32,358 nucleotides of DNA from contig JAEWYV010000282.1 of the NCBI GenBank assembly GCA_023458615.1, forward strand, positions 1 through 32,358, written 5' to 3'. Origin of the DNA: Bacillota bacterium. GTDB lineage: Bacteria; Bacillota; Clostridia; Christensenellales; CAG-138. The notes beneath the pieces were generated by a model. That model worked only from the letters and a program-made list of their open reading frames with translations, was not told the DNA's origin and searched no databases. A program made the translations under genes and the position numbers. Of this stretch, positions 1 to 7,559 are shown piece after piece. Position 1 is the first letter of the stretch, and the number at the start of each line of letters is the position of its first letter.

Positions 1-315
1 AGTGCCGACAAGGTTATTCCAGAGCGAAGATGGTATCTTTTCTAACTATCATAACCGATTGTTACTGTAAATTACAAACAAACATCAGAGAGTGGTTTGC
101 AATCGATTTTGAATTTACATTTGGTAACCCCGCTTTATCAATTTCAAAAGCTGCTATATAACGTCATTAGACTAGCCAAATTTGATATTCGATTCTCCTT
201 TCATGATACCTCGTATGTAGGCAGAGGAAAATATCACGAGGTGTGCAATCCGTAGACATTTTTTGAAAATCCGTATGCTAGAATGAGAAAAATCAATCTG
301 GAAAGCGGATGTTAT

Positions 316-2088
316 ATGAGAAAAAGATTGCTTCAAATTGTGTTTATCACTGCCGTGCTGCTGCTGTTTTCAAGCTGCGGCCCCAAATCGCAGACGACGG
401 AAGCAGCCGCTTCTAACGACTCTGCCACCACTACAAGCGCGAATCAGCCTGCTGAAACCGCGGCACAGGAGAAATGGCCCGTTTATTTAAAGGCATCCGA
501 ACTGGAGTTGCAGCCGGATCGATTTGTGCCGCTGGCGGATATAGGCACGTTTAACCGGCAGATTATCACTCAAGAGCTGCTGCAAAAACCGAGCAAGCTG
601 CCGGAGGCGACCGTCTCCAACATTCCGTATTGGACGGGCTTTGTCTGCGAAAACATGGGCAGCTTCAATTTTATTGACCCTCGTTGGGCGGAGCTGACAA
701 GTGGCGGAGCGCATTTTTATGAGGACAATGTAAAGGTTGTCGCGGATGAGGGGTTCAACTGCCTGCGCGTGGTCTACAGCCTGTCCTATCTGTCCAGTCC
801 GGACGATCCGATGCTGATCAACGAAGCCAAGCTGGAGTGCTTGGATCAGCTGATTGCCTGGGGAATAAAGTATGATGTGCACATTATGCTCAGCATCATG
901 GGACTGCCGGGAAAAGCAACGGGTCTGAGCGAAGAGCAGCGTAGCATTTATGGAAACGATGCGTTATATCAGGAAAATGTGATGTTCTCACAGGAGCTGT
1001 TTACGAACGATGCCATGGCGCAGCTTTACCGGCAGTATATGGAAATGCTGGTGACGCGCTATCAAGAAATACCAAGCCGCAATTTTAGCATCGAACTGCT
1101 CGCGGAACCCAGCGTGCCCGATGCCAGCGTAGCGCGTTACGAGGAGGTTTTGCTGCCCATCGTGCAGTCGCTCCATTCGATTGACCCGAACCGAATTTTG
1201 ATTGCCAACGACGTTTCAAAGATGATCCCCGAGCAACTCGCTGCCGCTGGTTGTGCGCTGTCGCTGCATACGCATATTTACGCGGTGAATGGTGAGCAGA
1301 TCAAGGACGCGCTCGGAATTGAATATGACACGCATTGGCCCATGGAGTATTTCCCGTCCTTTGTCGGCAGCCCGGATCGGAAACCCATGACGCTCGTGAG
1401 TGAAAACGGATTTGACGCGGATGCCATTGAAATCTACTTTGGCTATGGCGATATGCGGATTCAGGCGGACGGAAAAACGATTCTGGAAACCGGAATGCAC
1501 GACATCTGGGCGAACAACGACCCCAAGAGCGGCTGGGAGACCGCGCAGATTCCGCAGGGGACAAAGGAAATTACGATTGGCTCGCTCAACCACGCATCCG
1601 CATTCTATGCGGTTCGGCTGATGCAGGGCGGCAAGGCGATGGTTACGCTGGTATCCCACGAGATGTTCCAGGCGGAGTCGGAAACGGATCCCATGCCGAC
1701 AATCCGCATCAATCCGGATGGTACGACGGAGAACATCGACAATCCGAAGCACGTGCTGGACGCGGCCTACCTGCAGGCAAGATTTCTGCAATCGTGGATC
1801 GATTGCGCAAAGAAATACAGCGTCGGCTTTTTACTCACCGAGGTGGGCACGGATACGCGCGACCTGACGCAGGAGCAATATGCGGCGTATGAGGGAACAT
1901 GGCTGCAACTGCTGAAAGACAATCACATTCCGTGGATGTATAACTGCCTGCACGGGGTTTTTGCGCCGCAGGGTTCCATTGAGGGCGATGGACAATATCT
2001 TTGCGGCTATCAGGACGTCGAACAGGTGCCGGGTACGCCGTTTGAGAAGAACAGGGGAATCTTCGATCTGCTAAAATTATATAAGTAA
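316..2088 (+). CDS. Secreted lipoprotein, clan GH-A (GH5-like cellulase-superfamily) glycoside hydrolase with a large internal insertion
   Basis: The longest ORF is 283..2088. I prefer the ATG at 316 for two reasons. MRKRLLQIVFITAVLLLFSSC is a canonical lipoprotein signal with a lipobox Cys, and a TGnTAGAAT extended -10 (276..284) overlaps the ATG at 283. (beta/alpha)8 landmarks are GFNCLRV (Arg), ELLAEP (acid/base Glu), LHTHIY (His-x-Tyr), LLTEVG (nucleophile Glu) and a late Trp (IPWMY). Confidence 0.8.
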   Translation: MRKRLLQIVFITAVLLLFSSCGPKSQTTEAAASNDSATTTSANQPAETAAQEKWPVYLKASELELQPDRFVPLADIGTFNRQIITQELLQKPSKLPEATVSNIPYWTGFVCENMGSFNFIDPRWAELTSGGAHFYEDNVKVVADEGFNCLRVVYSLSYLSSPDDPMLINEAKLECLDQLIAWGIKYDVHIMLSIMGLPGKATGLSEEQRSIYGNDALYQENVMFSQELFTNDAMAQLYRQYMEMLVTRYQEIPSRNFSIELLAEPSVPDASVARYEEVLLPIVQSLHSIDPNRILIANDVSKMIPEQLAAAGCALSLHTHIYAVNGEQIKDALGIEYDTHWPMEYFPSFVGSPDRKPMTLVSENGFDADAIEIYFGYGDMRIQADGKTILETGMHDIWANNDPKSGWETAQIPQGTKEITIGSLNHASAFYAVRLMQGGKAMVTLVSHEMFQAESETDPMPTIRINPDGTTENIDNPKHVLDAAYLQARFLQSWIDCAKKYSVGFLLTEVGTDTRDLTQEQYAAYEGTWLQLLKDNHIPWMYNCLHGVFAPQGSIEGDGQYLCGYQDVEQVPGTPFEKNRGIFDLLKLYK

Positions 2089-2126
2089 GCATTGAATCGA
2101 AGGCTTCTTCATGGTACATAAAAAAA

Positions 2127-2170
2127 GAGGCTGCTCTGTGGCGATTGTGCAATCGCCGCAGAGCAGCCTC
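2127..2170. terminator. Strong GC-rich stem-loop, probably a bidirectional rho-independent terminator
   Basis: GAGGCTGCTCTGTGGCGATTG pairs with CAATCGCCGCAGAGCAGCCTC over about 20 bp with one G-U pair. An A7 run lies 5' (a U-tract for the minus strand) and TTATGGTATTTGTT lies 3' (a weaker U-tract for the plus strand). It sits 39 nt after the GH5-like stop. Confidence 0.8.
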
Positions 2171-2648
2171 TTATGGTATTTGTTCGGGGCAACGGATCAA
2201 TCGCGATAATCCTTAAGAATACAGAGCCGAACTGGACTAAGGCAACGCTATTTAGCGGACAGCCTCTTCGGGCGCTTTTCGAGGATTGATCTCGATATGG
2301 CAATGTTCTCGCTGGATATAGTGCTTGTTACAGACGACGGGGATTGTTTCGTTCGGCAAAAAGAGATCCTCGCGAATCAGCATATAATGGATATGAAGCA
2401 GCAGATTACTCAAAGCACACTCCGAATTGTGGGTGATACATCTTTCGATCACCTGCTAAAGATCGGCAGTAGATCGATCATGACTTCCAGACCGACGGAG
2501 AGGCAAAGGGGATGTTCGCCGATGCTGATTGCTTCGCGGTTTTTTTGGTACGCCCATGTGCGTTGTGGCATGGAGCGGGTGAGCAGACTTCCGATTCCGC
2601 CGGGGCTTTGGGGATAGATGACCCGGCACTGGAATGCCAAGTCTAATA

Positions 2649-2662
2649 CGAACAAATGTACG
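2649..2662 (+). promoter_or_regulatory. Candidate LexA (Cheo/SOS) box
   Basis: CGAACAAATGTACG differs at one position from the Gram-positive LexA consensus CGAACRNRYGTTYG (GAAC-N4-GTAC instead of GTTC). It directly abuts the -35 of the polymerase promoter. Confidence 0.55.
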
Positions 2663-2692
2663 TTGACAAAAGGAATACGCCAAGTGTACAAT
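2663..2692 (+). promoter_or_regulatory. Sigma-A type promoter for the Y-family polymerase operon
   Basis: TTGACA (2663..2668), an 18-nt spacer, then TACAAT (2687..2692). This is about 130 nt upstream of the ATG at 2822. Confidence 0.6.
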
Positions 2693-2821
2693 GCGATTAC
2701 GAGATGTAGCCGCACTTACGATCGGACGGGTGGATTGAGCGCCATCATCGTACGGCGCGTATCATCCAACCTGCGGCGGGCGGTACGCCGCTCAGTATTG
2801 CTGGACAGCTGGAGAAGAAGC

Positions 2822-4345
2822 ATGAAGAATAGAAGCTATATCGCAATCGACTTAAAATCATTCTATGCTTCGGTCGAGTGTGTGGAACGGGGGCTCGACC
2901 CCTTAACCGCGAACCTTGTCGTTGCGGATATCGGCCGCACTGAAAAAACGATCTGCCTTGCCGTTTCCCCGTCTATGAAGGCATACGGCATTTCCGGCAG
3001 AGCGAGGTTGTTCGAGGTTGTGCAGAAGGTGCGGGAGGTGAATGCCGTGCGGCAGCGTTCAGCCCCGAAACAGGTCTTTACGGGTACTTCCTGCGACGAT
3101 CTGGAATTGAAGGCCTCGCCGCATCTCGCGTTGGACTACATTGTCGCACAGCCAAGAATGGCGCTCTATATCGAATACAGCACGCGGGCTTACAATATCT
3201 ATTTAAAATATATCGCGCCTGAAGATATTCATGTCTACTCCATTGACGAGGTATTCATTGACGCAACCAACTATTTGGAGGCCCATCATCTCTCGGTCTA
3301 CGAGCTTGCCAAGCAGATGGTTCTGGATGTGCTGAATACAATCGGGATTACGGCAACAGCGGGAATCGGCACGAATCTCTACCTGAGCAAGGTCGCGATG
3401 GACATTCAGGCAAAGCACACCTTACCGGACAGTTGCGGTATGCGCATTGCCGAATTGGACGAGATGCGCTATCGTCGCCTTCTATGGTCCCATCGACCCC
3501 TGCGGGATTTTTGGCGCATCGGGGCTGGCTACGCAAAGAAGCTCGAAGAATACGGTCTCTTCACGATGGGGGATATTGCGCGGTGCTCGCTCGGGAAAAT
3601 GTCCGACTATTACAACGAGGCCTTATTGTACAAACTCTTTGGCATCAATGCCGAACTATTGATCGACCATGCGTGGGGATGGGAACCATGCACGATTGCC
3701 GATATCAAAGCGTATAAGCCGAGCACCAACTGCATATGCTCTGGACAGGTGCTGCATGAGGCCTATTCCGCTGACAAAGCGAAACTCATCGTGCGCGAAA
3801 TGGCAGACCAATTGGCACTCGATTTGGTGGATAGACGGCTTGTGACCGACCAAATCGTCCTGACGGTTGGATACGATATTGAAAACCTGACAGACGTACG
3901 GATACGAAACGCATATCATGGAGCGATTGAGGTTGACCACTACGGGCGCTCGACGCCGAAGGCGGCGCACGGAACGGTAAATCTTGGCAGGCGAACCTCT
4001 TCTGCAAAGCTGATTCTGGATGCCGTCACGGAACTGTTTGAACGCACCGTTGACAAGAACCTTTTGGTCAGAAGGGTCAATATCTCGGCGAATCGTGTTG
4101 TCGACGAGGCGACAATGCAAAAGGTAGGCGGCTTTGAACAGCTTGATTTATTTACGGACTATGCGGCTGTGGGGATGAAAAAAGAAGCCGAGGAAACAGA
4201 GCTTGCACGAGAGAAAAGGATGCAACGGGCTATGCTCGAGATCAAGAAAAAGCATGGCAAGAACGCCATTTTACGGGGTATGAATCTGAGGGAAGGCGCG
4301 ACAACGATTGACCGCAACAGCCAGATCGGGGGTCATAAGGCATGA
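2822..4345 (+). CDS. Y-family (ImpB/MucB/SamB, UmuC/UvrX-like) translesion DNA polymerase
   Basis: From the ATG at 2822 the protein reads MKNRSYIAIDLKSFYASVECVERGLDP..., the classic Y-family N-terminus with the catalytic Asp in IDLKSFYASVE, followed by YSIDEVFID. A GGAGAAG ribosome-binding site precedes 2822. The track ORF starts at 2618, but that extension is Arg/Cys-rich and overlaps the promoter. Confidence 0.9.
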   Translation: MKNRSYIAIDLKSFYASVECVERGLDPLTANLVVADIGRTEKTICLAVSPSMKAYGISGRARLFEVVQKVREVNAVRQRSAPKQVFTGTSCDDLELKASPHLALDYIVAQPRMALYIEYSTRAYNIYLKYIAPEDIHVYSIDEVFIDATNYLEAHHLSVYELAKQMVLDVLNTIGITATAGIGTNLYLSKVAMDIQAKHTLPDSCGMRIAELDEMRYRRLLWSHRPLRDFWRIGAGYAKKLEEYGLFTMGDIARCSLGKMSDYYNEALLYKLFGINAELLIDHAWGWEPCTIADIKAYKPSTNCICSGQVLHEAYSADKAKLIVREMADQLALDLVDRRLVTDQIVLTVGYDIENLTDVRIRNAYHGAIEVDHYGRSTPKAAHGTVNLGRRTSSAKLILDAVTELFERTVDKNLLVRRVNISANRVVDEATMQKVGGFEQLDLFTDYAAVGMKKEAEETELAREKRMQRAMLEIKKKHGKNAILRGMNLREGATTIDRNSQIGGHKA

Positions 4346-4809
4346 CGGAACCATATGACGACATCATCCATCTGCCGCACCATGTCTCTGCGACGCGTGC
4401 GCACATGCCGGTTATGGATCGGGCGGCGCAGTTTTCCCCTTTCGCCGCGCTGGCCGGTTATGCCAACGCCATCAGCGAAACCGCGCGGCTGACGAGCGAA
4501 CGGATAGAGCTGGACGAATGCATCAAGAGCGCGTTGAGCGACCGGATGCAGGTGATTGTGGAGCGGATAAAGGAGCACCCCGAGATTGCAATTACCTACT
4601 TTCAGCCGGATACAAAAAAGGACGGCGGCGCTTATAGGACTGTTATCGACACGGTTAAAAGGATAGATAGTTCGGAGCGGGTGGTCATTCTGTCCAGCGC
4701 CGGTGCGGTCATTCCCTTTGATGAAATCATTGGAATCGATGGACAGATCTTTGAGCGATATGCGGATGCTATTGCCGCAGGTGGTTTTGATTTACCTTCT
4801 GAGTGCTAG
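4342..4809 (+). CDS. YolD-like protein (accessory partner of Gram-positive Y-family polymerases)
   Basis: An ATGA start/stop overlap with the polymerase gene indicates translational coupling. The motif MPVMDRAAQFSPFAALAGY is typical of the YolD-like family, and polymerase/YolD pairing is known from B. subtilis uvrX-yolD and yqjW-yqjX. Confidence 0.8.
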   Translation: MTEPYDDIIHLPHHVSATRAHMPVMDRAAQFSPFAALAGYANAISETARLTSERIELDECIKSALSDRMQVIVERIKEHPEIAITYFQPDTKKDGGAYRTVIDTVKRIDSSERVVILSSAGAVIPFDEIIGIDGQIFERYADAIAAGGFDLPSEC

Positions 4810-4931
4810 CCGTTCCTCGTAGGAATTTCTTAATAAGCCGGGTATTCCAGTCAACTGCAAAATAAGATTATAAAAGAATAGACGGAGATACGCTGCTGAA
4901 AAAATAACTGGATCGGTAACGCATTTTATTC

Positions 4932-4959
4932 TTGACAAATTTCAGCGCTGTGATATTCT
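4932..4959 (+). promoter_or_regulatory. Promoter of the LacI-family regulator gene
   Basis: TTGACA (4932..4937), a 16-nt spacer, then the extended -10 TGaTATTCT (4951..4959). Confidence 0.55.
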
Positions 4960-4965
4960 CATATT

Positions 4966-4979
4966 TGTAACCGCTACCA
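4966..4979 (+). promoter_or_regulatory. cre-like / LacI-family operator
   Basis: TGTAACCGCTACCA matches the cre/LacI operator pattern TGWAANCGNTNWCA at all but one position. It lies just downstream of the -10 and 22 nt before the lacI-family ATG. Confidence 0.5.
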
Positions 4980-5000
4980 ATTTTTACTTGGAGATGCATC

Positions 5001-6008
5001 ATGAGCGTAACGATTGACGATGTTGCCAAACACGCCGGGGTATCCACCGCGACGGTCTCTCGTTATCTCAATCATAGCCCGTTGATTGCAAAAAAGTCGG
5101 CGGAAAAGGTGCAGCGCAGCATGGATGCGCTCAACTATCAGCCAAGCTTTGTAGCGCGGAGCCTTGCAAACCACAGCACATCGACCATCGCATTTGTTAT
5201 TGACAGCACCAACACGGAAACATATGGGAACGACTATTTTCTGCGCATCCAATACGGAATGGAAGCCGCGCTTGGCAGACAGGGATATTACCTGTTGATT
5301 ATCAGTATTTCAAATGACAAGACCGGCGAACACAACCTAAGAAAGCTTGTGATGGAGCGCCGTGTTGAGGGAATCATTCTGCCGATGGCGCTCGCGAAAA
5401 GATCCATTCTCGCGATGCTGCGGGAAGCGGAGCTTCCGTTCGTTGTCATCGGAAAAAGTCAGAATCGGGACTACAATTGGATTGATCTGGACAACGAGAT
5501 GGGCGGCAGACTGGCGACGCAAAAGTTGATTGATAGCGGCAGCAAACGCCTTGCTTTTGTCAGTTCATCGCTCGACAAATCGTTTGTGAAGGAGCGCTTG
5601 ACGGGCTACTCTGCGGCTCTGGAACAATCCGGATTACGCTATGACGAGCGGCTGGTGTTTCTCGGCTGCATGTCGGCAGAGGATGGCGCGATGTCCGTTA
5701 CACGGATTCTATCGGAGGGGCTGGACGTTGATGGCATTGTTTGCACAGACAATGCGGTAGCCTTTGGCGTGGTGCGCGCGCTGCAACAGGCGAATATCGC
5801 CGTTCCAGAACAAATTCAAGTGATTACATTTGACAATACACCCATCAGCGAACTTTCCACGCCGAAACTGAGCGCCGTGGACATCGATGTGTTTCAGCTT
5901 GGCCGTCAGGCTGCAAATATTCTGCTCTCCTCCATTGAGGACGCCACAAACTCTGTTCAGAACAGCCTCATCCAGGTTGCCATCGTTCTGCGCGAAAGCA
6001 CGCGATAA
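5001..6008 (+). CDS. LacI-family transcriptional regulator
   Basis: The N-terminal helix-turn-helix is MSVTIDDVAKHAGVSTATVSRYLN. The rest is a periplasmic-binding-protein-like sugar-binding core. A GGAG ribosome-binding site lies 7 nt upstream. Confidence 0.93.
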   Translation: MSVTIDDVAKHAGVSTATVSRYLNHSPLIAKKSAEKVQRSMDALNYQPSFVARSLANHSTSTIAFVIDSTNTETYGNDYFLRIQYGMEAALGRQGYYLLIISISNDKTGEHNLRKLVMERRVEGIILPMALAKRSILAMLREAELPFVVIGKSQNRDYNWIDLDNEMGGRLATQKLIDSGSKRLAFVSSSLDKSFVKERLTGYSAALEQSGLRYDERLVFLGCMSAEDGAMSVTRILSEGLDVDGIVCTDNAVAFGVVRALQQANIAVPEQIQVITFDNTPISELSTPKLSAVDIDVFQLGRQAANILLSSIEDATNSVQNSLIQVAIVLRESTR

Positions 6009-6045
6009 ACCGTAATTTCATCAGGCGGATTGTTCCGCCTATTCT

Positions 6046-6073
6046 TTCACAATAAAATGTAAGCGATTACAAT
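6046..6073 (+). promoter_or_regulatory. Promoter of the alpha-glucoside ABC/GH13 operon with an overlapping cre/LacI operator
   Basis: TTCACA (6046..6051), a 16-nt spacer, then TACAAT (6068..6073). The 14-mer TGTAAGCGATTACA (6058..6071) fits TGWAANCGNTNWCA perfectly, with 6 of 7 palindromic pairs, and covers the spacer and -10. Confidence 0.6.
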
Positions 6074-6132
6074 TATTTTTCACCGTTGCTCGAGAGACGG
6101 TGATAAAATGAAAAATAACCAGGAGGAAGAGA

Positions 6133-7443
6133 ATGAATATGTCTTTGAAAAAAAGCCTTGCTCTGCTGGCGGCACTCATCATGGTGCTATCGGCACTGAC
6201 GGCATGCGCGGGCACAGCCACGCCCGCAACGGAAGCAACCGCAACGGAAGCGCCTGCTGCAACCGCAGAAGCGACGGCAACCGAAGCGCCCGCCGAGCCG
6301 GAAACGATTGTGTTTTGGCACACCTATAGCGAAGGCGAAGAGCAGATCTTTTTAAACGAGATCGTTCCCGCTTTTGAAGCGGCGAACCCCGGCATCAAGG
6401 TGGATGCGGTTCGCATGCCGGTGGACGGCCTGCAGCAGCAGGTGATCACCGCGGCCTCCGGCGACGCGGCACCCGATGTGATGCGTATGGACATCACCTG
6501 GGTTTCCCAGCTTGGTAAACTCGGCGCTCTGGAACCCCTTTCTTCGTATGACGGGTTCTCTGCGATCAAAGACAACGCCTTGACCGCACCCATGGAGACC
6601 AACTACAGCGCGGGGGATTATTACGGCCTGCCGCTGAACACCAACACGACCGCCGCCGTCTGGAATATGGACTTCCTCAAGGCGTGCGGCCTGAGTGAAC
6701 CGCCGAAGACGCTGGACGAATTGGTTGCTCTGGCGAAGCAGTACAACGACCCCGCCAACGAGAAGTGGGTCTTTACGATTGCCGGAACCTACACCTGGGC
6801 GATGCTGCCGTACTTCTGGTCCCTCGGCGGTAACCTGACCAGCGATGATTACACGGTTGCAACAGGATATCTCAACAGCGATGCTTCCGTTGCGGCGTTG
6901 GATACCATTGCTTCCTGGTACAAGGATGGCGTAATCAGCCCTGCGATCATCGGAGAACAGCCGGATGCATGGGGCGGCATGAGCGCGGGTAACTATGCCA
7001 TGATCTCCGAAGGCCCCTGGTTCTTTAGCTCCAATACGACAACATTTGCCAGCCAGGCGACCGCAATGCCGGCGGGAACCGCGGGCGGGATCTCCGTCGT
7101 TGGCGGCGAAGATATCGTCATGTTTGCAGGCTCCGCGCATAAGACCGCCGCGTGGAAGTTCATGCAGTATATGCTCAGCGACGAAGCACAGCTCGCCATG
7201 ACCAAAGCCGGTATGATCCCGGTGGTTAAGAGCGCAATGGACAAGGTGGACACCAGCGCTTCTCCGTATCTTGCGGCATATTTGGAACAGCTCAAGACCG
7301 CAAAACCGCGCACACCAAACGCCAACTGGGGACAGATCGACACGATCCTTGGTCAGGCATTTGAAACCGTGATCCGCGGCGAAGCGACCGCAAAGGACGC
7401 ACTGGACGCCGCCGCAGCCCAGATTGATCCTCTGCTGAAATAA
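6133..7443 (+). CDS. CUT1-family ABC transporter solute-binding lipoprotein (maltodextrin/alpha-glucoside type)
   Basis: An AGGAGG ribosome-binding site lies 6 nt upstream. The signal peptide plus lipobox is LSALTAC, followed by an ATEATATEAPA low-complexity linker and then a family-1 extracellular solute-binding fold. The operon context is GH13 enzymes. Confidence 0.9.
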   Translation: MNMSLKKSLALLAALIMVLSALTACAGTATPATEATATEAPAATAEATATEAPAEPETIVFWHTYSEGEEQIFLNEIVPAFEAANPGIKVDAVRMPVDGLQQQVITAASGDAAPDVMRMDITWVSQLGKLGALEPLSSYDGFSAIKDNALTAPMETNYSAGDYYGLPLNTNTTAAVWNMDFLKACGLSEPPKTLDELVALAKQYNDPANEKWVFTIAGTYTWAMLPYFWSLGGNLTSDDYTVATGYLNSDASVAALDTIASWYKDGVISPAIIGEQPDAWGGMSAGNYAMISEGPWFFSSNTTTFASQATAMPAGTAGGISVVGGEDIVMFAGSAHKTAAWKFMQYMLSDEAQLAMTKAGMIPVVKSAMDKVDTSASPYLAAYLEQLKTAKPRTPNANWGQIDTILGQAFETVIRGEATAKDALDAAAAQIDPLLK

Positions 7444-7460
7444 GGGAATAGAGTGAACTG

Positions 7461-7500
7461 GATACAGCGGGGATGCTAAACTCTGCGTCCCCGCTGTATC
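7461..7500 (+). other. Intercistronic 13-bp perfect stem-loop without a U-tract (mRNA stabiliser or partial terminator after the binding-protein gene)
   Basis: GATACAGCGGGGA (7461..7473) pairs with TCCCCGCTGTATC (7488..7500) around a 14-nt loop. GATGAAG follows, so there is no T run. Confidence 0.6.
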
Positions 7501-7559
7501 GATGAAGAACCATCACAAACGGGTTTTGCAGGGAACCGCAGGACGAGGAGGAACCGCCA

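Noticed and set aside
101-108. An AATCGATT palindrome within TTGCAATCGATTTTG upstream of the GH5-like gene, considered as a possible cre/LacI operator.
   Set aside because: Only 8 bp are palindromic. It is a poor fit to TGWAANCGNTNWCA and lies about 170 bp upstream of the candidate -10.
2252-2715. Two small minus-strand ORFs (2449..2715, 88 aa, and 2252..2452, 66 aa) with a 4-nt overlap. This hints at a coupled pair such as a toxin-antitoxin system or a LexA/S24-like gene upstream of the polymerase.
   Set aside because: Both start at GTG with no ribosome-binding site. Their composition is un-protein-like (many Cys, His and Trp). The first would begin inside the polymerase promoter. I could not align either to S24 peptidase or XRE motifs with any confidence. 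The region is kept only as a low-interest possible gene relic.
2618-2821. A 68-codon N-terminal extension of the polymerase ORF as given in the track.
   Set aside because: The extension covers the TTGACA/TACAAT promoter and the LexA box and is Arg/Cys/Thr-rich. The conserved Y-family N-terminus begins exactly at the ATG at 2822, which has its own ribosome-binding site.
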